NCBI GenBank assembly: GCA_047602405.1
Contig: JASGHJ010000002.1
Location: forward strand, 2,880,001 to 2,944,000
Direction of reading: 5' to 3'
Source: Anaeromyxobacteraceae bacterium
GTDB taxonomy: Bacteria; Myxococcota; Myxococcia; Myxococcales; Anaeromyxobacteraceae
DNA: 64,000 bases
Part shown: positions 35,350 through 47,627 of the stretch, piece after piece
How the letters are laid out: each line of letters begins with the position of its first letter
Position numbering within the stretch: position 1 is the first letter of the stretch
Notes under the pieces: model-generated
The model's database searches: none
Seen by the model: only the letters and a program-made list of their open reading frames with translations
What the model was told of the DNA's origin: nothing
Position numbers and translations under genes: made by a program

Positions 35350-37361
35350 GTGCGCACCCCGAGCCCCGGCGTCCTGAAGCTCTCGATCGCAGCCGCCCTC
35401 GCCCTCGCGTTCGCGGTCCAGGTCGCCGCGTCCGTGTCGCGCGACTCCGCGACCTGGGACGAGGGCAACCACCTCTACTCCGGCCTGCGCATCTGGACCC
35501 GCGGCGACTTCGGCCTCAACCCCGAGCACCCGCCCCTCGTGAAGCTCGTCGCGACGGCGCCGCTCCTCTCGCTCGGGCTCAGGATCGAGGAGCCGCGCGA
35601 CCTCGAGTTCGTGAAGGCCGCCTTCCTCGGCGGCCGCGCGCTCCTCCTCGAGAACGACCCCGCGGCGATCCTGCTCCGCGCCCGCCTCGCGGTGGCGATC
35701 TTCGCCGCCCTGCTCGCCGCCTTCGCGTTCCTGCTCGCGCGGACGCTCCTCGGGACCTGGGCCGGCCTCGCCGCGCTCGCGGTCCTCGCGTTCGAGCCGA
35801 ACGTGCTCGGGCACTCGGGCCGGGCGACGAGCGACGTCGCGGTCTCGGCGTTCCTCCTGGGCACGATCTGGGCGTTCCTGCGGTACCTCGCGGCGCCCGG
35901 CGTGGCCCGCCTGGCCGTCGCCGGCGTCCTCGCGGGGCTCGCGCTCGCGACGAAGCACACGGCCGTGCTGCTGTTCCCGATGCTCGCGCTCCTCGCCGCG
36001 GGCGAGCTCCTGCCTGGCCCGGGTGCGGCCGGCCCAGGCACGGCCGGCGCCGAGCCGCCGCGGCGCCGCGCGGCCCGGCTCGCCGGCGCGCTCGTCGCGA
36101 TCGGGCTCCTCGCCGTCGCGATCCTCTGGGCCTCCTACGGGTTCCGCTACGCGGCGCGGCCGGCCGGCCTCGCCATGAACCCGCCGCTCGCCGAGTACGT
36201 GAAGCCGCTCGGCGCGCTCGACCGCGCGGTGCTCGGCGCGTTCGCGTCCTCGAGGCTCCTGCCCGAGGCCTGGCTGCAGGGCTCGCCGCGGCGCGGCTCA
36301 ACGCGGAGGGCTACCACAGCTTCGCGCTCGGCGAGATCTACCCGACCCGCGTCTGGTTCTACTTCCCGCTCGCGCTCACCGTGAAGGCGACACTGGGCCT
36401 CCTCGCGCTCGCGGCCGTCTCCGCCTGGGCGCTCGCCACCGGGCGGCTCGGGGGACGGCGCGCGGTGCTCGCCCTCACCGTCCCGCCCGCGGTGTACCTC
36501 GCGGTCGCGATGGCCTCCGGGATGAACATCGGCATCCGGCACCTCCTGCCGGTCATCGCCTGGCTCGCCGTGCTCGGCGGGGCCGGCGCCGTGGCGCTCG
36601 CGCGCACCGGCCGGCGCGGAGCGCTCGTCGCGGCGGCGCTGCTGGCGCTCCACGCGGGCTCCACGGCCGCCGCCTTCCCCGAGTACGTGTCGTACGCCAA
36701 CGAGGCCTGGGGCGGCTCCGCGCGCAGCCACCTCCTCCTCACCGACTCGAGCGTGGACTGGGGAGAGCAGCTCCTGTCGGTGAAGCGCTGGTGCGTGGCC
36801 CACGGGATCACCGACGGCTGGTTCGCCTACTTCGGCCAGGGCGTCCTCGAGCCCTCGGGATACGGCCTCCCGCTCCGGCCACTGCCCACCGCCGACTCGC
36901 TCTGGATCGGCGAGCCCATCCAGGTGCCGCCCGTGATCGAGGGAACCGTGCTCGTGAGCGCAGGGGTGCTGTCCGGCTTCGAGTTCGGGCCGGGGCCGCT
37001 CGACCCCTACGCCGAGTTCCGCACGCTCCCGCCGGTGGACGTCATCGACCATGCGGTCTTCGTCTACCGCGGCCGCTTCGAGCTCCCGCTCGCCTCCGCG
37101 CTCGGGCGCGCACAGCAGGCCGTGGCCCTCGCCGGCGAGCACCGCGCCCGGGAGGCGCTCGCCGAGGCCGAGGAGGCCGTCCGCCTGGCCCCGCGCGCCG
37201 TCGCCGCGTGGTCGTCGCTCGGGGACGCGCTCGCGGAGGACGGTCGGCGGGACGAGGCCCGCGACGCGCACCGGCGTGCGCTCTCCCTGGCGCGCGAGGT
37301 GGAGCCCCGCTTCCAGGCGGGCTGGGTGACGGAGCTCGAGGGGAAGCTCGCGAAGCCCTGA
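35350..37361 (+). CDS. GT-C (GT39/ArnT-like) membrane glycosyltransferase with C-terminal TPR; -1 frameshift near 36280
   Basis: SATWDEGNH, NPEHPPLVK, ALATKHTA, NIGIRHLLP, DSSVDWGE, TPR-like tail. Confidence 0.85.
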
Positions 37362-37389
37362 GGCGGCGCCGCCTCGGGGCCTCGCGGGG

Positions 37390-37756
37390 CTACGCCCCGA
37401 CCGCGCGCCGGACCAGCGCGACGACCGCCGCCGGGTCGAGCGGCTTCTTCAGGATCTCGTCGGCGCCCATCCGCCGGTACGTCTCGAATCTCGCGGTCCT
37501 GGATGCGGGACGACATGAGCACGAGGAAGGTCTTCTTCCAGTGCGGGTGGGTCTTCACGAGCCGGCAGACGTCGGCGCCGTTCAGCTTCGGCATGTAGAT
37601 GTCGACGAGCAGCGCGTCGGGCCCCGTCTCGGCGAGCTTCTTGAACACCGCCTCGCCGTCCATCGCGGAGACGACCTCGAAGCCCGCGTCCTCGAGCGCG
37701 CCGGAGAGCGCGTCGATGACCGCCTGGGAGTCGTCGACCACGAGGACCTTCTTCAT
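37390..37756 (-). CDS. single-domain response regulator; +1 frameshift near 37488
   Basis: MKKVLVVDDS, LLVDIYMPKLNG, then GADEILKKP in the shifted frame. Confidence 0.85.
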
Positions 37757-37781
37757 CCGAGGGTTTATACTGCACGTCGCC

Positions 37782-38594
37782 ATGGATCGCGACCCCGCGG
37801 TCGCCGGCCGGTTCTACGGCGCGGACCCCGCCTCGCTCGCAAGCGAGGTCGACGGTTGGCTCGTGTCCCCCGCCCCGCCCGCGCCCGCGCTCGGCCTCCT
37901 CGCACCCCACGCGGGCTACGTCTACTCCGGCGCCATCGCCGGCGCCGGCTACGCCCGGGTGGCGGTCCCCGCGCGCGTGATCGTCCTCGGCCCGAACCAC
38001 ACCGGGCTCGGCGAGCCCGCCGCGCTCTGGCCGGACGGCGCCTGGCATACGCCGCTCGGCGACGTGCCCGTCGACGCGGAGCTCACCGCGGCGCTCCTCG
38101 CGCCCGCCGGCCCCGGCGCGGAGCCCGCGGCGGCCCCGGACGTCGCCGCCCACCGCCTGGAGCACTCGCTCGAGGTGCAGGTGCCCTTCCTGCAGCGCGC
38201 CCACCCGGGCGTGCGCATCGCGGGGCTGTGCCTCTCGCACCTGTCCTTCCACGCGTGCGAGGCGGTGGCCCGGGCGGTCGCCGCCGCGAGCGCGGCCACC
38301 GGGGCGCTCGTCGTCGCGTCCTCCGACATGAGCCACTACGTGAGCGCGCGCGAGGCGCGGACCCTCGACCACCACGCCCTCGAGCGGCTCCTCGCGCTCG
38401 ATCCGCGCGGGCTCTACGACGTCGTGCACCGGGAGGGCATCACGATGTGCGGCGTCGTCCCCGCGACCGTGATGCTGCTCGCCGCCCTCGCCCGCGGCGC
38501 GCGCGAGGCGGAGCTCGTCCGGTACGGGAACTCCGGCGAGGTGAACGGCGACGATCGCCGGGTGGTCGGCTACGCGGCGGCGGTGGTGCGCTGA
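37782..38594 (+). CDS. amrB: AmmeMemoRadiSam system protein B (MEMO1 family)
   Basis: PAVAGRFY, APHAGYVYSG, GPNH, EHSLEVQ, ASSDMSHY, TMCG, VVGYA. Confidence 0.93.
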   Translation: MDRDPAVAGRFYGADPASLASEVDGWLVSPAPPAPALGLLAPHAGYVYSGAIAGAGYARVAVPARVIVLGPNHTGLGEPAALWPDGAWHTPLGDVPVDAELTAALLAPAGPGAEPAAAPDVAAHRLEHSLEVQVPFLQRAHPGVRIAGLCLSHLSFHACEAVARAVAAASAATGALVVASSDMSHYVSAREARTLDHHALERLLALDPRGLYDVVHREGITMCGVVPATVMLLAALARGAREAELVRYGNSGEVNGDDRRVVGYAAAVVR

Positions 38595-38648
38595 ACGGCA
38601 CCGCCGCGGCGCGCTCGAGCGCCGCGGCGGCGGAAGACGGTGCGAGGC

Positions 38649-39245
38649 CTACTGCGCGAGCCCGATCTGCTTCATGAACTCGCCGTTGTCCCAGAACAGG
38701 AACTCCTCGAACATGATCCCGTCCTTGTTCCAGTGGCCGATCGTGGCCATCGGGATGCGGTAGGCCTTCCCGGTGGGCTGGATGAACTTGCCGTCGCCGA
38801 TGGCCATGGGCTTCGTGAAGGTGCCCTCGAGCCAGCCGGTCACGGCGGTCCACTCGCCGTCCGCGGTGCCGAAGCGCACCGGGTGCTCCTCGATCCGGTT
38901 GTCGGGGGCGAAGGTCCACATGACCTTCAGGTCCTCGATGTGCTTCTCGATGCCCTGGGTGGTGTGACCGTCCGGCCAGTGCACGACGACGTCCTTCGTG
39001 TGGCTCCGGTGGAGATCCTGCCACTGCTGGCCGGTGTAGACGCGGAAGTCGAGGTCGTCGAAGTTCGCGAGGTTGCGCGCGAGCTCGGCGGGGACGCCCT
39101 TCGCCTTCGGGGCGGGCTCCCCGACCTTCGTGCCCGGCCACCGGGGTGAGGCCTTCTCGTCGGCGTGGGCGGGGACGGCGCCGAGCAGGGCGCCGCCGAG
39201 GACGGCGGTGAGAGCGAGCGAGGTGATGCGGTTCGTGTGGGTCAT
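38649..39245 (-). CDS. secreted SnoaL-like ester cyclase
   Basis: Signal peptide AHA/DE; FDDLDFRVY, HWPDGH, GTFTKPM, EEFLFWDN. Confidence 0.8.
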   Translation of the reverse strand: MTHTNRITSLALTAVLGGALLGAVPAHADEKASPRWPGTKVGEPAPKAKGVPAELARNLANFDDLDFRVYTGQQWQDLHRSHTKDVVVHWPDGHTTQGIEKHIEDLKVMWTFAPDNRIEEHPVRFGTADGEWTAVTGWLEGTFTKPMAIGDGKFIQPTGKAYRIPMATIGHWNKDGIMFEEFLFWDNGEFMKQIGLAQ

Positions 39246-39641
39246 GGCTTCGTTCCTTTCGTTCGCTCGATATGCGCCCGTCCCGCATCCGGTTCAATGC
39301 GTTGACGAGCACATGTCCGTTGCGAACATGGAACACACCTCCATCCGTCCGGGATCCGCTCCGCGCACGCGGGCGCACAGCCACCCCCGCGAACGCTCGC
39401 CCAGGTTCGGCATTCACCGAGGGTCGGAGCCTGCCGCGCGGCGGCCACCGCCTGCGTCGCCGCGGCCGACCTCTCCACCTCGGCCGCGTGCACCGCGGGG
39501 CTCGAACGTGCCGCCGAGCTCGGGCCAGGTGTTCGGCGAGAGCGCCTACCCCGCGGGCGGCCCGACGGTCTTCCTCGACGGTACGGCCACCGACGACCTC
39601 GCCTTCGGGCCGTCGGCGCCGGTCGCCGGCGTCGTGATCTT

Positions 39642-40583
39642 CTAGCGCCGGCGGAGCCTGATCAAACCGAGCCCGGCGAGGAGCGCGAGCACGCCCTCCC
39701 CACCGGTGCCGCAGCCGCCCTTCTTCTTCGGCGCGGTCACGCAGGTGAGCGTCCCGCCCGCCTTCGGGTACACGGCGCAGACGCCGTCGACGTCGCCCTG
39801 GGCGAGGGAGCGCTTCGAGACCTCGCCGACGGAGGCCGTCGCGGCCATGGTGAGGTCCGAGTACGGCGTGTGCGCGAAGCCGATGAAGTGCCCGGCCTCG
39901 TGCGTCGCCGTGTTCTGGAGATCCATGTAGTAGCAGCCGGCCTCGCCGTAGCTGGTGCAGGCGTGGTCGCCCGCGCCGGGCACGGAGCAGGTGAAGTACC
40001 AGCCCTGGGCGCGGGTCGTCCCCATCGCCGTGCCCGACGAGGCCCCGGTCCAGTCGATGAACTCCATGTCGGCGTCGACGATCTCGCCGGTGGAGGGCGC
40101 GTAGGTCGTCGTGGTGAGCGCGATGATGTTCGTGCCGCCGAGGTTGCCGGTGTTCTCGAAGCAGTTGTACGTGTCGCCGCAGCGGATGGAGGGGTCCGTG
40201 AAGCACGGGTCCTTGGAGGCGACGGCGTCGTTCGAGCACCAGCCCTTCCGGAACACCACCAGGTTCTCGTTCGCGCCCTTCGAGTCGTACCCGAGCTTGA
40301 TCGACGTCGTGTCGGCGCCGCGCACGAGCGCGAGGTCGGTGCAGGTCTGCTGCGCGCCGGTCCAGGCGGCGAAGCCCGCCTCGACGGCCTTCGCCGCCGC
40401 GGAGTCGGTCGTGGAGAGCGGGCCGCAGGAGGCCGAGGTGGCCGTGCGCGCCGGGTTGACGTGGTAGGTGATCGAGCGCGGCTTCCAGTACAGGCACGCC
40501 TTCGTGTCCGGATCGGCGGACCGCACGTACTGCGGCCCCGTCTGCCCGGCGACGAGCGCGGCCACGGCGAGCGCGGCGATCAC
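39642..40583 (-). CDS. myxosortase-dependent (MYXO-CTERM) matrixin-like zinc metalloprotease
   Basis: DLQNTATHEAGHFIGFAH with Met-turn; C-terminal KKKGGCG...LLAGLGLIRLRRR; GTG start overlaps the upstream stop. Confidence 0.88.
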   Translation of the reverse strand: MIAALAVAALVAGQTGPQYVRSADPDTKACLYWKPRSITYHVNPARTATSASCGPLSTTDSAAAKAVEAGFAAWTGAQQTCTDLALVRGADTTSIKLGYDSKGANENLVVFRKGWCSNDAVASKDPCFTDPSIRCGDTYNCFENTGNLGGTNIIALTTTTYAPSTGEIVDADMEFIDWTGASSGTAMGTTRAQGWYFTCSVPGAGDHACTSYGEAGCYYMDLQNTATHEAGHFIGFAHTPYSDLTMAATASVGEVSKRSLAQGDVDGVCAVYPKAGGTLTCVTAPKKKGGCGTGGEGVLALLAGLGLIRLRRR

Positions 40584-41119
40584 CGCGACACCTCCGCGTC
40601 GCCCACGCGCCGCGCGAGCTCGGCGAGCCGCATCGGCCCGACCGCCCGCTCGCCCGCCTTCAAGGTGCTCCCCTGGAAGTGGATGCCCTCGAGCGCGGGC
40701 ACCGCCTCGCCGCCCTCCACCTGGAACTTCCCGAGCGCGAGCCCGTTCAGCTCGAAGAAGTCGCCGCGCCGGGAGAGGAACACGACCACGTCCTCGCCGT
40801 CCTCGAACGGCGGCGCGGCGTCCACCCGCTGGGCGAGGTCGCCGACCTGGCCGCCCGGGACGATGATCCGCACCCGCGCCCCCGGCGCACCCTTCCAGGC
40901 CTCCGCCACCTCGACGACGACCTCGGTCAGGATGGTCCGGTGGTCGCGCGTGAAGAAGCTCGAGCGCGAGACCACGCGGCCCCGGACCACGGCGTCGGAG
41001 GCGCGCGCGACGGTCTCCACGCTCGTCTCGAGGAAGACCGCCGCGGAGGTCCGCGAGGGCGCTGCCCAGCCTGCGATCGCGAGCGCCAGGAGGGCCGCCG
41101 GGAGGAGCCTCATGAGCAT
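40580..41119 (-). CDS. secreted hypothetical protein co-transcribed with the metalloprotease
   Basis: Signal peptide; SDAVVRGRV, PGGQVG, GEDVVVFL, GLALGKF. Confidence 0.75.
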   Translation of the reverse strand: MLMRLLPAALLALAIAGWAAPSRTSAAVFLETSVETVARASDAVVRGRVVSRSSFFTRDHRTILTEVVVEVAEAWKGAPGARVRIIVPGGQVGDLAQRVDAAPPFEDGEDVVVFLSRRGDFFELNGLALGKFQVEGGEAVPALEGIHFQGSTLKAGERAVGPMRLAELARRVGDAEVSR

Positions 41120-41153
41120 CTTTCGAGTCTACCTGTGCTAGCTTGCGCCCGCC

Positions 41154-42576
41154 ATGGAACCGAAACCCCGCGTCCGTTTCGCACCTTCCCCCACCGGTTA
41201 CCTTCACATCGGGGGCGCCCGCACCGCGACTCTTCAACTGGCTCCACGCGCGGCGGCACGGGGGCACGTTCGTCCTGCGCATCGAGGACACGGATCGGGA
41301 GCGGTCGACCGACGCGGCCACCGCCGCGATCTTCGACGCGATGAAGTGGCTCGACCTCTCCTGGGACGAGGGCCCGGTGGTCGGCGGCCCGAACCCGCCC
41401 TACTTCCAGACCCAGCGCGGGGAGATCTACCGCGAGCACGCCATGAAGCTCGTGCGCGAGCGGAAGGCGTACGCCTGCACCTGCACGAAGGAGGAGCTCG
41501 ACGTCCTCCGCAAGCAGGCCGAGGCCGAGAAGCGCCAGTTCAAGTACCCGGGCACCTGCCGGGACAGGCCGTACGACGCCTCGAAGCCGCACGTCATCCG
41601 CTTCCGGATCCCGGACGGCCGCTCCGAGACGAGCTGGGACGACCTCGTGAAGGGCGTGATCTCGACGCCGCACGACACGCTGCAGGACGAGGTCATCCTC
41701 CGCTACGACGGGATGCCGCTCTACAACTTCGGCGCGGTCGTCGACGACGTCACCATGAACATCACGCTCGTCGCCCGCGGCGACGACCACGTGAACAACA
41801 CCGCCCGGCAGATCCTCATGTACGAGGCGCTCGGCTTCCCGGTGCCGAGGTTCGCCCACCTGCCGATGATCCTCGGCGCCGACAAGGCCCGCCTCTCGAA
41901 GCGCCACGGCGCGACCTCGGTCACGCAGTACCGCGACATGGGCTACCTGCCCGAGGCGGTCGTGAACTACCTCGCCCGGCTCGGCTGGTCGCACGGGGAC
42001 CAGGAGCTCTTCACCCGAGACGAGCTCGTCGCGGCGTTCGACTTCAAGGACGTCGGCGCGACCGCCGGCGTGTTCAACCCGGACAAGATGGCCTGGGTGA
42101 ACCACGAGTGGCTGAAGAAGCTCTCGACCGAGGAGCTCGCGAAGAAGGCGCTGCCCTACTTCGTCGCGGCGGGCCTCCCCGCGGCCGACGACGCGAAGCT
42201 GCGGCACGTGTGCGAGGTCGCGAAGGAGCGCGCCCGCACCTTCGGCGAGTACGTCCAGCAGTTCCGCTACTTCTACGCCCCAATCCAGCTCGACCCCAAG
42301 GCGAAGGAGAAGCAGCTCACGAAGGACACCCAGCCGATCCTGAAGGCCATCCGGGACGGGATCGCGGCGCTGCCCTCGCTCGAGACCGCGGGGCTCGAGG
42401 AGCTCTTCCAGGACGCGGCCGCGGCGCGGGGGCTCGGCCTCGGCAAGATCGCCCAGCCGGTGCGCGTGGCGCTCACCGGCGGCACGGCGTCGCCGGGCAT
42501 GTACGACGTGGTCCAGATCCTCGGCCGCGACGAGACGCTGAAGCGGCTCGACGACGCGATCGCGCTGATCGGCTGA
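41154..42576 (+). CDS. gltX: glutamate--tRNA ligase; +1 frameshift near 41229 (probable sequence error)
   Basis: RVRFAPSPTGYLHIGGARTA then LFNW...LRIEDTD, RGDDH, LSKRHGA, RVALTG. Confidence 0.95.
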
Positions 42577-42582
42577 CCGGAT

Positions 42583-43401
42583 TCACTCCCCCTCTCCCCG
42601 CGGCTGCTCCGGGGGGAGAGGGGGCTCCTGGAGCACCAGGGCCTCCTCCACGATCTCCCGGAGTCGCGCCGCGAACCGCGCCGCGGGCGCGCCGTCGACC
42701 ACGTCGTGGTCGATCGACAGCGTGAGCGGCAGGATCTCCCGCGGCTCGACCCGCCCGTCCACCACCCACGGCCGCCACGCCACCGCGCCGACCGTGAGCG
42801 CGAGCGTGTGCAGCGGCACGATGCCGATCGCCCAGCCGCCGCCCGTGCCGAACATCCCGACGGAGGTGACGAGCGCGGTCCCGGCCGAGCGCTTCATGAG
42901 CCGCGGGCTCCGGCGCAGCGCGCGCAGGAAGGCCCGGCGCGCGACGCCGGGCACGAACCGCGACAGCCGCGCGAGCGCCCCCGAGCGCTGGGCGCTCGTG
43001 CGCGGCTCGGCCTGCACGCGGCGGAGCTCCTCGTGGAGCGCGAGCGCGGAGCGCCGGTTCGCGGCCCGGATCACGTGCGGGACCGCCACCCCGCCCCGCT
43101 CCGCCTCGACGAGCGTGACGACGTCGACGTCCTCGAAGAGGACGAGCCGCCCGCGCCAGTCGCGACAGGCGTGCAGGAGCCGGTCCGCGTCGATGGCGCG
43201 GGCGAGGCTCGCCACCAGGAACGCGGTGAAGGAGAGCTTCCCGCCGCCCGGCCCGCCGGTCGCGAGGCGCGCGCGCGCAGCGGTGACGTCGAGCTCCAGG
43301 ATCGCGTGGACGACGTGTCTGCGGACACCCACCTCGAGCGCGTCGACGACGTCGTGGCGGGAGCGCGGGAAGGGTCTCGTCTCGAAGCCGTCGGCCTGCA
43401 T
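42583..43401 (-). CDS. stand-alone 2-oxo-acid dehydrogenase E2 catalytic-domain-like acyltransferase
   Basis: GTALVTSVGMFG and LTLSIDHDVVDGAPAARF; no lipoyl domain. Confidence 0.85.
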   Translation of the reverse strand: MQADGFETRPFPRSRHDVVDALEVGVRRHVVHAILELDVTAARARLATGGPGGGKLSFTAFLVASLARAIDADRLLHACRDWRGRLVLFEDVDVVTLVEAERGGVAVPHVIRAANRRSALALHEELRRVQAEPRTSAQRSGALARLSRFVPGVARRAFLRALRRSPRLMKRSAGTALVTSVGMFGTGGGWAIGIVPLHTLALTVGAVAWRPWVVDGRVEPREILPLTLSIDHDVVDGAPAARFAARLREIVEEALVLQEPPLPPEQPRGEGE

Positions 43402-43589
43402 GCGCGCGGCAGGATACGAGACCGGACCGGCGCCGCCTTGCGGCGATACCGCCCACCCCGGGACTTGCCGCCGGGGTGGGACCGTTCATCCCGAGCGTAG
43501 GCCCGCCTTCGGCGGGCCGGAGTCGAGGGACGACCCCCCGGAAGCGCAGAGTTGCGGGAGGGACCCAGGTGGGATATTCGCCTGGATCC

Positions 43590-45896
<2,307 letters not shown>

Positions 45897-45922
45897 GGTC
45901 GGCGCAGCCGCCCCGGCCCACG

Positions 45923-46528
45923 TCAGGCGTCCTCGAGGTAGCCCGAGAAGCTCGCGAGCACGTACCGCACCACGCCCGTGCCGGAGTTGACCACGACGTG
46001 GAAGACCACGTTCGTCCCGGGGTCGGCGCGCAGGTGCACCGCGCTGCCGACCGTGTGGATCTCTCCCGTCTGCGAGACCGGCACGAGCATGTGATCGATG
46101 GCGACGCCGGGGTACGGCGCGCCGCCGAGGTGCGAGCCGGCGTTGGCGACCTTCAGCGAGTACGACGCCGCCGCTCCCGCCGCGAGCATCACGTAGCCGG
46201 AGACGTGCTCGATGACGAGCCGCTTGCCCGCGGGCACCGTGTAGAGGGTCACGTCCGCGAACGGGGTGGCGCTGCATTCCTGGGTGCACGTGCTCTGCCC
46301 CTGCACGGGCTGGACGGCGGCCGCCGCGGTGCCGCCGCCCTCGACCTTGACGGTGCCCTGCACGGTCACCGGCACCGTGTTCTGCACCACGACCGGGACG
46401 GCGCGCGGGCCACCCCGGTGATCGCGATCGTCGGCCGCGGCGGGCACTGCGGAGAGGGACAGCGCGAGGCCAGCGGCGGCGAGGCGCGAGAGGGAAACGG
46501 AGCGGAACGGGGTCACGGGAGCCTCCAC
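45923..46528 (-). CDS. secreted hypothetical protein
   Basis: Signal peptide AAA/DD; LYTVPAGKRLVIEHVSG...SFSGYL; start uncertain. Confidence 0.7.
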   Translation of the reverse strand: MEAPVTPFRSVSLSRLAAAGLALSLSAVPAAADDRDHRGGPRAVPVVVQNTVPVTVQGTVKVEGGGTAAAAVQPVQGQSTCTQECSATPFADVTLYTVPAGKRLVIEHVSGYVMLAAGAAASYSLKVANAGSHLGGAPYPGVAIDHMLVPVSQTGEIHTVGSAVHLRADPGTNVVFHVVVNSGTGVVRYVLASFSGYLEDA

Positions 46529-46684
46529 GACCAGGGGGAGGGCGAGGTCGCCCCCGTGAATGATCGCGAGAACCGGGCTCGATGCGCCTCACGCTCGGTT
46601 GGGGCGCACCCGGCCGAGCCGCGGGAGTAAGCTCCGCTGGCCGGGGCGACCCCAGGATGGGGTCCTCGCCCCGAGGGAGGCACC

Positions 46685-47338
46685 ATGACGGAGTCGGCAC
46701 GTCAGGCGCTCGTGGGGCTCAGGGACTGGACCACGCTGCAGTGGTACGTGGTGCCGCTCCTCATCGTGCTCCTGCTGGTCTACGCAACCGAGCTGCGCGA
46801 GGCGCGGCGGACGGGCAACTGGGACTGCGTCGTCGCGGGGCTCGCGCTCTTCTCGGCGGACTTCGTCAACGAGACCGTCAACGGGTGGATCCTCGCGCTC
46901 TCCGGCTACAGCGCGCTCTGGCTCGCGCCGGGCCCCACGGCGCTGCGCACGCTGGTCGGCTGGAACCTCGAGATCATGTTCATGTTCGCGCTCGCCGGGA
47001 TCGTGTGGTGGAAGTGCCTGGGGCCCGACCCGCGCGCCCGCATCCTCGGCGTGCCCGACCGCTGGTTCTGGGCGATCGCGATGTCGGCGTTCGCGGTCCT
47101 GGTCGAGAACGCGCTGAACTCCGGGAAGCTCCTGATGTGGGACTACGCCTGGTGGAACCGCGGCCTCGTGGGCGGGATCCCGATCTTCCTCTTCGGGTAC
47201 CTGTGGTTCTTCGTGGCCGCGAAGTACGCGATCGAGCGCCCCACCCTGAAGGCGAAGTTCATGGTCCCGGCCGTGCTCGGCGGCCTCGCGGTCGTCGGAA
47301 ACGTGGTGGGGCTGGGCATCCTGGGGTTCAGGTACTGA
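46685..47338 (+). CDS. hypothetical integral membrane protein
   Basis: GGAGG RBS; about six hydrophobic helices. Confidence 0.8.
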   Translation: MTESARQALVGLRDWTTLQWYVVPLLIVLLLVYATELREARRTGNWDCVVAGLALFSADFVNETVNGWILALSGYSALWLAPGPTALRTLVGWNLEIMFMFALAGIVWWKCLGPDPRARILGVPDRWFWAIAMSAFAVLVENALNSGKLLMWDYAWWNRGLVGGIPIFLFGYLWFFVAAKYAIERPTLKAKFMVPAVLGGLAVVGNVVGLGILGFRY

Positions 47339-47376
47339 CCGCGGGCGGCGGGCCGGCGCAGACGTCTGCGTCCAAC

Positions 47377-47547
47377 CCTCCCCCGTCCGTCCCTCTCCCC
47401 CCCGTCCGTCCCTCTCCCCCCCGCCCGTCCCTCTCCCCCCGCCCGTCCCACTCCCCCCGCCCATCCCACTCCCCCCCCCGTCCCTCTCCCACCCCCGTCC
47501 GTCCCGAGCGTAGCCCCCGCGCAGCGGGGGCGGAGACGAGGGACCGG
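47377..47547 (+). repeat. about 6 imperfect C-rich tandem units followed by a REP-like palindrome (family copy C)
   Basis: (CCCCCGYCCGTCCCWCT)n, then CCGTCCGTCCC-GAGCGTAG-CCCCCGC-GCA-GCGGGGG-CGGAGACGA-GGGAC. Confidence 0.8.
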
Positions 47548-47627
47548 GGCCCGGGACTCAGATCCGCCCTGAGCCCCAGCAGGATCCTGCGATCTCACTG
47601 TCAGACCGGGGTGGCAGGATCGCGGGC

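Noticed and set aside
41154..42576. gltX pseudogene or programmed frameshift
   Set aside because: A single extra base with no slippery site, one of many similar indels; most likely an error
42589..42624. CCCCTCTCCCC...GGGGAGAGGGG hairpin after gltX as a novel element
   Set aside because: Ordinary REP- or terminator-like hairpin at convergent gene ends
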